The translations under genes and the position numbers were made by a program. A DNA stretch of 64,000 nucleotides, from NCBI GenBank assembly GCA_038087875.1, contig JAXLNO010000546.1, positions 124,001 to 188,000 on the forward strand, in the 5' to 3' direction. Below, in pieces: positions 10,212 through 20,005 of the stretch. The DNA is from Malacoraja senta. Taxonomy: Eukaryota. Position 1 is the first letter of the stretch; each line of letters starts with the position of its first letter. The notes below the pieces were generated by a model, which was not told the origin of the DNA, searched no databases, and worked only from the letters and a program-made list of their open reading frames with translations.

Positions 10212-13200
10212 TTCACACTGCTTGAAATGGTATGAAGGCATTTGAATGTGGTGGCCTTGCACCCTGCATGAAATGGTATGAAACTGCATTTGAATTTGGT
10301 GGCCTTGCATCCTGCTTGGAATGGTATGAAACTGCACTTGAATTTGGTGGCCTTGCAGCCTGCTTGAAGTGGTATGAAACTGCACTTAAATTTGCTGGCC
10401 TTGCACCCTGCTTGCAGTGGCATGAAACTGGACTTGAATTTCGTGGCCTTGCACCCTGCTTGAAATGGCATTAAACTGCACTTGAACTTGGTGGCCTTGC
10501 ACCCTGCTTGAAGTGGCATGAAACTGCACTTGAATTTGGTGGATTTCCACCCTGCTTGGAGTGGCATGAAACTGCCCTTGAATTTGTTGGCCTTACTCCG
10601 TGCTTGAAGTGGTATGAAACTCCACTTGAATTTGGTGGCCTTGCACTCTCCTTGAAGTGGTATGAAACTGCACTTGAATTTGGTGGAATTGCACCCTTGT
10701 TGAAGTGATACGAAACTGCACATGAATTTAGTGGCCTTGCACCCTGCTTGAAGTGGTCAGAAACTGCACTTGAATTTGGTGTCCTGGCACCCTGCTTGAA
10801 ATGGTATGAAACTGCACTTGAATTTGGTGACCTTGCGCTCTGCTTGAAATGGCATGAAACAGCACTTGAATTTGAAGGCCTTGCACACTGCTTGAAATGG
10901 CATGAAACTGCACTTGCATTTGTTGGCCTTGCACCCTGCTTGAAGTGGCATGAAAGTGCACTTGCATTTGTTGGCCTTGCCCCCTGCTTGAAGAGGCATG
11001 AAACTGCACTTGAATTTTGTGGCATTGCACCCTGCTTGAAGTAACATGAAACTCCACTTGAATTTGGTGGCCTTGCACTCTCCTTGAAGTGGTATGAAAC
11101 TGCACTTGAATTTGGTGGAATTGCACCCTGGTTGAAGTGATACGAAACTGCACATGAATTTAGTGGCCTTGCACCCTGCTTGAAGTGGTCAGAAACTGCA
11201 CTTGAATTTGGTGTCCTGGCACCCTGCTTGAAATGGTATCAAACTGCACTTGAATTTGGTGACCTTGCGCTCTGCTTGAAATGGCATGAAACAGCACTTG
11301 AATTTGAAGGCCTTGCACACTGCTTGAAATGGCATGATACTGCACTTGCATTTGTTGGCCTTGCACCCTGCTTGAAGTGGCATGAAAGTGCACTTGCATT
11401 TGTCGGCCTTGCCCCCTGCTTGAAGAGGCATGAAACTGCACTTGAATTTGGTGGCCTTGCACCCTGCTTGAAATTACATGAAACTGCACTTGAATTTGGT
11501 GGCCTAGCACCCTGGTTCAAATTACATGAAACTGCACTTGAATTTGGTGCCCTAGCACCTTGCTTCAAGTCGTAGGAAACGGCAGTTGAGTTTGTGGCCC
11601 TGCACTCTGCTTGAAGTGTCACGAAACTGCACTTGAGTTTGGTGGCCTTGCATCCTGCTTGAAATGGCATGAAACTGCACTTGAATTTGGTGGATTTCCA
11701 CCCTGCTTGGAGTGGCATGAAACTGCCCTTGATTTGTTGGCCTTACTCCGTGCTTGAATTGGTATGAAACTCCACTTGAATTTGGTGGCCTTGCACCCTC
11801 CTCGAAGTGGTATGCAACTGCACTTGAATTTGGTGGAATTGCACCCTGGTTGAAGTGATACGAAACTGCACATGAATTTAGTGGCCTTGCACCCTGCTTG
11901 AAGTGGTCAGAAACTGCACTTGAATTTGGTGTCCTGGCACCCTGCTTGAAATGGTATGAAACTGCATTTGAATTTGGAGACCTTGCGCTCCGCTTGAAAC
12001 GGCATGAAACAGCACTTGAATTTGAAGGCCTTGCACACTGCTTGAAATGGCATGAAACTGCACTTGCATTTGTTGGCCTTGCACCCTGCTTGAAGTGGCA
12101 TGAAAGTGCACTTGCATTTGTCGGCCTTGCCCCCTGCTTGAAGAGGCATGAAACTGCACTTGAATTTTGTGGCATTGCACCCTGCTTGAAGTAACATGAA
12201 ACTGCACTTGAATTTGGTGGCCTTGCACCCTGCTCGAAATTACATGAAACTGCATTTGAATTTGGTGGCCTAGCACCCTGGTTCAAATTACATGAAACTG
12301 CACTTGAATTTGGTGCCCTAGCACCTTGCTTCAAGTGGTAGGAAACGGCAGTTGAGTTTGGTGGCCCTGCACTCTGCTTGAAGTGTCACGAAACTGCACT
12401 TAAGTTTGGTGGCCTTGCATCCTGCTTGAAATGGCATGAAACTGCACATGAATTTGGTGGATTTCCACCCTGCTTGGAGTGGCATGAAACTGCCCTTGAA
12501 TTTGTTGGCCTTACTCCGTGCTTGAAGTGGTATGAAACTCCACTTGAATTTGGTGGCCTTGCACCCTCCTTGAAGTGGTATGAAACTGCACTTGAATTTG
12601 GTGGAATTGCACCCTGGTTGAAGTGATACGAAACTGCACATGAATTTAGTGGCCTTGCACCCTGCTTGAAGTGGTCAGAAACTGCACTTGAATTTGGTGT
12701 CCTGGCACCTTGCTTGAAATGGTATGAAACTGCACTTGAATTTGGTGACCTTGCGCTCTGCTTGAAATGGCATGAAACAGCACTTGAATTTGAAGGCCTT
12801 GCACACTGCTTGAAATGGCATGAAACTGCACTTGCATTTGTTGGCCTTGCACCCTGCTTGAAGTGGCATGAAAGTGCACTTGCATTTGTCGGCCTTGCCC
12901 CCTGCTTGAAGAGGCATGAAACTGCACTTGAATTTTGTGGCATTGCACCCTGCTTGAAGTAACATGAAACTGCACTTGAATTTGGTGGCCTTGCACCCTG
13001 CTCGAAATTACATGAAACTGCACTTGAATTTGGTGGCCTAGCACCCTGGTTCAAATTACATGAAACTGCACTTGAATTTGGTGCCCTAGCACCTTGCTTC
13101 AAGTGGTAGGAAACGGCAGTTGAGTTTGGTGGCCCTGCACTCTGCTTGAAGTGTCACGAAACTGCACTTGAGTTTGGTGGCCTTGCATCCTGCTTGAAAT

Positions 13201-13250
13201 GGTAGGAAACTGCACTTGAATTTGGTGGCCTTGCACCATGCTTGAAATGG
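10212..13250. repeat. 48-bp satellite array (~63 monomers) with higher-order repeats
   Basis: Consensus gaaactgcacttgaatttggtggccttgcaccctgcttgaagtggcat; variant monomer gtggtcagaaac recurs at 10753, 11185, 11903 and 12671. Confidence 0.97.
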
Positions 13251-13539
13251 AATTTCAAGGAATAACTGTGAGTCAACTGCCAGCCCACCAGCCTTGAGTG
13301 ATTTGCCAGCACATCAGGCTTGAGTGACTGAGCTGCAAACCCAAGAATCCATTTGAACCACAATGTCCATATTAGCCCTCTGGAAACCAGTCTCTTCAGC
13401 CCACAACATCAAAACTAGCCCTCCAGAAAGACCCCCATCCTGGCCACTAATATTGGAATTGGTGGAGAGAGGGTATACTGTGTTGGGGGACCAGCCCTCC
13501 CGTGTGAACTTGGGACCCAACGGATCACACTTAATCTAG

Positions 13540-14816
13540 TAATTTATAAAACTCTGATCGTGGATGTGGATGTATTTTTTACGAAAAGTGTTCACCAATC
13601 TGAGATTTTATTTAAATCTAGCTGTTGAAGAGAGCTGATGACGTAACAATGCCTTTGCTCCTCGCGGCAAGCTGCGCAGAATGTTCAACGCGCAGGGGCA
13701 CTGCTTTCCACAAGCTGACCCTGTTCCTCGCGGCCAGCTGCGCGCGCAGCGTGGTGGGCACAGTTTTCCACGAGCTGCGAGTTACGTGGCCCAGCCGCCC
13801 CCCCCCCCCCCCCCCCCCCAGGACTATGGATTGAAGCCGATGACGAGTTAGTGTGAGAGGCCGCAGCCTCCGCTTGATCATCCGAAGGGGCCGCTCCCCA
13901 AACCCGGCCTCATACCAGCCCCACACTCCCGACACCTGCGCACCCGGTACAGAGGGTGGAGGGCTGGGATGGATGGGGGATCTGCTCCTGGGCCCGGGAA
14001 AAGACAGCACCCGCGGGGAGCCGACGGCCGCACCGAGGTCGACAGCCCGCATCTCCCCCTGCCCGCGCGTCCCTGGAGAGGGAACAAACGGTGTCCACGG
14101 GGACCCCGGAGGCCCTTCATGAATGCTGGTCGCCACAGGAGGTCGAGCGCTCCGTTGATAGTTGGCGATACACCAACTCGATAATCGCCTGCCTACAAAC
14201 TGTCAACATATGCAGTCCCTGATTGCTTCAATACTTGCACTCGGCCGGCCGTCCCCCCATCCCCCTCCACCTCCCTCCCCCTTCCTTCCCCCTCTCACAC
14301 CACCCCCTTCTCACCATCCCCCTCACCCTTCCCTCCTCTCTCTCCCCTCTTCCACCCTCTCTTCCTCCTCCTATCTCTCTCATTCGTCCTCTCTCTGCCT
14401 CCTCGCCCCCTCCACACCTCTGCCCCCCCTCCACCGCACTCCTCTCCCCTCCCCCCTCCACCCCCCTCGCCCTCCCCTCGACCCCGTCGCCCCACTCCCC
14501 CCCTCTCTCTCTCTCACTTCCCCTGCTCTTTCCATTTAACCATATAACCATATAACCATTTCCATCTCATCTCTTCCCCCTACCCCCATCTTCCCCCTCC
14601 ACCACTCCCCTCTCCCCCACTCCCCTCCCCTTCCACCTTCCTTCCCCTCACTTTCCGCCCCCTCTTCCCCCACTACCTCCCTCCCCCTCCCCCACTCCTT
14701 CCCCCGTCTCCGCTGTGTGTGTGTGCGGGGTGGTTAGTGTGTGTGTGACGCCGCAGCCTCCTCCCCCAACCGCGGATTGAGGGGACGGAACCCAACGCCC
14801 CTCCCCCCTGGTCTAG
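13540..14816 (+). mobile_element. Second Helitron-like non-autonomous element (GC-rich body, C-rich tract)
   Basis: Begins directly after the CTAG of the previous element (aatttataaaactctgatc); ends gacggaacccaacg...ggtCTAG|T (14813-14817), echoing the terminal motif of the first element. Confidence 0.5.
14250..14710. repeat. Low-complexity polypyrimidine (C-rich) tract; mirror at ~32920-33390
   Basis: Nearly all C/T on the plus strand with many C3-C7 runs. Confidence 0.9.
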
Positions 14817-16380
14817 TGTTCACTAGATTTTAATGCAGTGTCAGAGTTGTTGCATTTTGGGATATAAACCAATGAAGTACCTTCACAGGGATTGGCAGGA
14901 GCCTGGGGACAGTTGCAAAAAGGAGTTAATTGGACGTCCAGGATTGCTACATGAATGCCACCTTCGCGTGCTTTTGTGCGTGTCTGCTAATTTGCTCTGT
15001 GGTTCATCTGATCTCGTGTAGCTAAGCCAGTTGAGAATTCAGGATGAACGAGTATTCTGAGTATTGCAGTTTCCAGGAGAAACATATATGGACTCTGCTA
15101 CATTACTCTCTTGGGCCCCACCATGCACCGTTAAAATCGTGTCTGCGTTTCACTTCCCAAAATGTAACATCTCACATTGTACTGCATTAAGCTCCTTTAG
15201 CCTTTCATCGCCGCAGTTTTCCAGCTGAGAAACATGCTGCTACAATCATTGATAACCAACTTTGCTATCGGCAAGATCTCGCCTTTTAGTGGTATCTACA
15301 AAATATAACCTCACCGATCCCTGCATTCAATGCGATTCACCTTGCCAAAGCAGGCTTTCTTCCAGAATTATACAATAGGCCTGCTGAGTTTCATAAGAGT
15401 TTCAAGTTGTGGGACACGAGGGTGGGGACCAGAAAAGAAGGACAGCAGATACACGTCGACACGGTGCAGATTTCCAATTTCCCACATTTAGTCATAATCT
15501 CTTTTAAGTTTTCCGCTCCATGAACTTGTTTGATTTTCAATGTTTTTGTATTTATCTCATCTACATTATCAACTATTAATAAAGACATTTGCATCTGGAT
15601 ATTATCGGTAACTAGATGTAAACACGTTTGACAAAAACAAACAAATCTGAAGTTTCACACGATTCGTCAGCGACCTAAAATATATTTAGTCGATTTCCTT
15701 TAACTGAAAGATCACAATTAAATTGCTTTTACAGTCACTCGCAAATATCATGCCGACTTGCTGTTTCTCATGGTCTACCTCTTCCTTCTCCGACTTCAAT
15801 AAATTTCCTGCAGAACTGGAGGCCCACAAGCATCCTCATAATAAACTTCCTCCATTTTTCTTTTGCCCACTGATCCATTTCAACATGGGGTATAGAAAAG
15901 TACAGCACAAGAATAGGCCCTTCGTCCCACGACAGCTGTGTGAAACATAATGCCACATTAAACAAATTATTGATGCATGCATATGATTCCTATCAACACA
16001 TTCCATAGGCATATCCACTAATCGTACCAATTTCATCAGGTTTCATCACCAGACATGGCGACGATAACTGTCACTCTCTGGGTTTAGGCATGGCCCGCAC
16101 ATCAACTGCCCTCGGACCTCAATCCTTTATCCTATAATATTTGGGTATCAATAATATGGAAGACGATTAGACTATCCAAACTGTATCTTTCAGAATTTTA
16201 GAAATATCTGGGAGGTCACCCTCATTTTATTCCACTCCAGGTAAAACAATCCAAGTTTGTCAAAACGCTCCTCATAGTCCATATCCTCCAATCGAAAGCA
16301 GCCCTGGAGGCACACCATTCCTGCCTTGCCATAATCATCGATAGACGGATTGCGAATCCACACGACGCCACACAGATCAA

Positions 16381-16386
16381 TATAAG
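16381..16386 (+). promoter_or_regulatory. Candidate TATA box of secreted-protein gene
   Basis: TATAAG about 27 nt upstream of an Inr-like ccAcattt and 78 nt upstream of the ATG of a signal-peptide exon. Confidence 0.45.
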
Positions 16387-16458
16387 CAGAAGCTCAGGTT
16401 ATAGTCCACATTTCCTTTCCAGATCTCTCATCCAGAAAAAAAGTTTTACTGCAGAAGA

Positions 16459-16543
16459 ATGGTCGTGACACTTTTCTTCCTTTTCGGGATATTGCTGGTG
16501 TCTCAGTCATTTGTAAACGGACAGTCGTATCTTGGCGATCTTG
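16459..16543 (+). CDS. Coding exon 1 of an unidentified secreted protein: signal peptide MVVTLFFLFGILLVSQSFVNG-QSYLGDL
   Basis: ATG context agaATGG, hydrophobic h-region, V-N-G|Q cleavage pattern, canonical G|GTAAGT donor (phase 1) at 16544; lies in sequence not recognisable as TE. Confidence 0.65.
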
Positions 16544-16624
16544 GTAAGTATATGCACATGCACTTTCACATGCCTTACCTTCCTTGAAAAAAGTTAATTT
16601 TAAAATTACCTTTTCTCTGCGTAG

Positions 16625-16670
16625 CAGTTTCAATCTCAAGGTTTGCACGAAGCAACGATGCGATTCTAAG
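16625..16670 (+). CDS. Candidate exon 2 (46 nt): (A)VSISRFARSNDAIL(R), with an RxxR convertase-type site
   Basis: Acceptor ttttctctgcgtAG after an 81-nt intron, in phase with exon 1; donor AG|GTAATT at 16671. Confidence 0.5.
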
Positions 16671-16859
16671 GTAATTTATAAACGATCCATGAGAACTCAC
16701 CTTATTGTCACCATTCTCTCTTCTTGGAAATACTTTACGCCTTGCTCAAGGAAAATGCAATATGTAAGGACATATCTGCATGCTTCCATGGAAGGAAGCA
16801 GTCGATGACGGTGGCAGGTTGCTTCATAGAGTGGATGAAGCAACTTCATCCACTCTAGA

Positions 16860-17875
16860 GCTTAGAAAGATTCCGGCAGGATCTAGATAGATTGGCCAGG
16901 TGGGCTGAGGAATGGTTGATGGGATTTTATACAGAGAAGCGTGTTGTTGCATTTTGGACGTCGAACAAGGGCAGGAACTACACAGTGAATGGTAGGCATC
17001 TGAGGAGTGTTGTAGCCAAGAGGTCTCTGGGACTGCAGTGGCATGGTTCCTTGAAGGTTAATTCGCAGCTAGATAAGGTGGTCAAAAAAGGCTTTTGGCG
17101 CATTGGCCTTCATCATACAGAGCATGTAGGTCATGTTGCCGTTGTTCAAAACATTGCTGAGACCGCATTTAGAATATTGCGTACAGTTCTGAGCACTTGT
17201 ATTAGGAAAGATACTGTCAAACGTCAATAGACAATAGGTGCAGGGGGAGGCCTTTCGGAACTATGAGCTAGCACCACTATTCAATGTGATCACGACTGAT
17301 CATCCACAATCAGTACCACGTTACTGCCTTCTCCCCATATCCCCTGACACCGCTATCTTTAACAGCCCTATCTACCTCTCTCTTGAAATTATACAGAGAT
17401 CCGGCCTCCACCGCCCACCGAGGAAGTGAAATCCACAGACACGCTACTCTCTGTGTGAAAAGTGTTCCCTGGTTCTGGACTCCCGCAACATCGGGAACAT
17501 GTCTCCTGCCTCTAACGTGTCCAAACCCTTAATAATCCTATGTTTCAATAAGATCCTCTCTGATTCTTCTAAATTCAAGAGTCATACAAGCCCAGTCACT
17601 CTATTCTCTCAGCATATGACAGTGGCACCTTCCCGGGAATTAACCTCGTGAACCTACGCTGCACACCCTCAATAGCAAGAAAGTCCTTCCTCAAATTTGG
17701 AGATCAAAACTGCACACAATACTCCAGGTGAGGTCTCACTAGGGCCCTGTGCAACCGCAGAAGAACCTCCTTGTTACTATACTCAGCTCATCTTGCTGTG
17801 AAGGCCAACATGGAATTGGCTTTATTCTCCACCTGCTGTACCTGCATGTTGGCTTTCATTGACTGATGAACAAGG
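16860..17875. mobile_element. Decayed CR1 3' fragments (plus 16860-17220; minus 17225-17875)
   Basis: Similar to the CR1 3' region at 7850-8738 ([15 protein letters not shown] equivalents). Confidence 0.8.
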
Positions 17876-17894
17876 TTGTACTTCCCCTTTTTTT

Positions 17895-19625
17895 CAAATC
17901 AAGAGAGTTTATTGTCATGTGTCCCAGATAGGACAATGACATTCTTGCATTGCTGCAGCACAACAGGATATTGTAGTCATAAATACAGATCAGATCAGTG
18001 TGTCCATATACCATAGGATATATAGATACACACATCAATAAGCAGATTAAGTGCACTAGGCTTAGTTCAGAATTTGTTTGAAGTTGTGTTTAATAGTGTG
18101 ATGGCTGTGGGGAAGTAGCTGTTCCTGAACCAGGATGTTGCAGATTTCGGGCTCCTGTACCTTCTACCTGATGGCAGTGGAGAGTTGCTGGCAGCCTTTT
18201 TGAGGCAGCGACTTCGAGAGATCCCCTCGATGGTAGGGAGGTCAGAGCCGATGATGGACTGGGCAGTAGTTACAACTTTGTGCAGCCTTTTCTGCACCTG
18301 GACGCTCAAGTTGTCTACCATGCAACTGGTCAGCATGCTATCTACTGTACGCCTGTATAAGTTCGAGAGAGTCCTCCTTGACGTACCGACGCTACGTAAT
18401 CTCCTCAGGAAGTAGAGGCGCTGATGTGTTTACTTTTTGATTGCATCAGTGTTCTGGGACAAGGAGAGGTCTTCGGAAATATGCACACCCAGGAATTTGA
18501 AGTTCTTGACCCTTTCCACCATCGACCCGTTGATATAAATGGTCCCCATCCTACCCCCTTCGGAAGTCCACAATTAGATACTTGGTTTTGCTGGTGTTTA
18601 GAGCCAGGTTATTGTGCTGGCACCATTTGGTCAGTTGATTGATCTCACTTCTAAACTCTGACTCGTCCCCCTCAGTGATACGTCCCACAACAGTGGTGTC
18701 GTCGGAGAACTTGATGATGGAGTTAGTACTATGTCCGGCTGCGCAGTCATGATTATAGCGCGAGGACAGCATGAGGCTGAGCACGCAGCCTCAAGGTGCT
18801 CCCGTGCTGATTGTTATCGAGGATGACACAGTTCCACCAATATGGACAGACTGGGGTCTGTGAATGTGGAAGGAAGTCGGGGATCCAATTGCAGAGGGAT
18901 GCGCAGAGACCCAGACTGAGCTTGTTAACCAGTCTGGTTGGGATGATGGTATTAAATGCCGAGCTGCAGTCAATGAATACCAGCCTCACATATGTCTGAA
19001 GAAGGGTTTCGACCCGAAACATTGCCTATTTCCTTCACTCCATAGATGCTGCTGCACCCGCTGAGTTTCTCCAGCATTTTTGTGTACCAGCCTCCCATAT
19101 GAGTTTTTGTTGTCCAAGTGGTCCAGAGCAGAGTGGAGAGCCAGTATGATAGCATCCACCGTTGATCTGTTATGGCGAATTGAAGTGGGTCCAGGTTTTT
19201 GTCGAGGTATGAGTGGATTTGCGCCATGATCAGCCTCTCAAAGCACTTCATCACCACAGACGTTAGTGCCACTAGTCCATAGTCATTGAGGCACGTCACC
19301 TGCTCTTCCTGTGCACCGGTATTATTGATGCCGCTTTAAAGCAGGTGGGAACCTCAGACCTGAGAAGTGAGACGTTGAAAATGTCCTTAAAACTCCAGCC
19401 AGTTAGTCTGCACAGGTTTTTAAAACATGCCCGAGTATACCATCAGGTCCAGGTGCTTTCCGTGGGTTCACCCCTCTAAAGGATCTTCTGACGTCGACCT
19501 CTGTGACTGTGACCGAAATACCATGGGGGCTCGGGAAGGCACATCAGTGTTCTCCCTATCAAAGTGTGCGTAAAACGCATTGAACTCGTCAGGGAGTGAT
19601 GCTTCGCTGACATTTGAGCCTTGTA
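17895..19625 (-). mobile_element. Rex1/Babar LINE, degenerate ORF2 RT and 3' tail
   Basis: [51 protein letters not shown](A/S)DDTTVVG, LPSGRRYRS; tail tgacaataaa. Confidence 0.9.
18995..19084 (+). mobile_element. Penelope-like pseudo-LTR fragment with minimal hammerhead-ribozyme core, inserted in Rex1
   Basis: CTGAAGA-A-GGG-tttcga-CCC-GAAAC at 18996-19020; 17-bp near-perfect flanking duplication at 18978-18994 and 19085-19101. Confidence 0.7.
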
Positions 19626-19626
19626 G

Positions 19627-20005
19627 GAGGAGGGGGAACCGTACAAATGGACGGATTGCACCTTAACATGTGCGGGACCAGCATTCTGGCAGGCAGGTTT
19701 TCCACTGCTACACAGGTGGTTTTAAACAATATAAGGGGGGGGGGGTGTCAAATGGGATAGTCAAGGATGGAGTTAAAAGGACAGAAAGTAAAGGGATAGT
19801 TAATGACCCCAGAATTAACGGGAAACAAAGGTCACAATGGGATAGAAGGGTATGGCCAAGTGTAATATGGATCGATGTGAAATGTAAGATGCGTACGGTA
19901 TTAAAAGTATTGTATTAAAAGTATGAATGCGCGATGTATAAGAAGTAAAGTAGATGAGCTTGCGGCTCAGTTAAAGGTTGGCTGATATGACAATGGGGGG
20001 ATTAC
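19627..20005 (+). mobile_element. CR1 fragment (ORF1 end / ORF2 start)
   Basis: Homologous to 41760-42180 (minus): DGLHLN...SILAGR followed by degenerate NAR.IR.KVDEL. Confidence 0.8.

Larger units (their letters stand above)
9345..13539 (+). mobile_element. Non-autonomous Helitron-like element carrying tandem repeats (5' boundary approximate)
   Basis: 3' end: degenerate hairpin gggaccc-aac-ggatcac (13512-13528) then CTAG|T (13536-13540). Shares flanking modules with the short copy at 61790-62494; the 5' module is duplicated (9345-9610 and 9885-10165). Confidence 0.65.

Noticed and set aside
10212..13250. CRISPR-like appearance of regular repeats
   Set aside because: Head-to-tail monomers with no unique spacers, no cas genes, eukaryotic context.
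10191..13363. Many long ORFs (up to 381 aa in the right-arm mirror) over the 48-bp array
   Set aside because: By-product of a 16-codon monomer lacking stops in some frames; 1-bp deletions in the left arm break the frames; no gene context.
13618..14555. Pro/Gly/Arg-rich ORFs (also 32932-34024, 54254-55251, 60242-60755)
   Set aside because: GC-rich or low-complexity repeat interiors; overlapping in many frames and frameshifted between arms.
16394..16808. ORF-track ORFs 16394-16648(-) and 16584-16808(+)
   Set aside because: No recognisable features; better explained as shadows of the short spliced signal-peptide exons.
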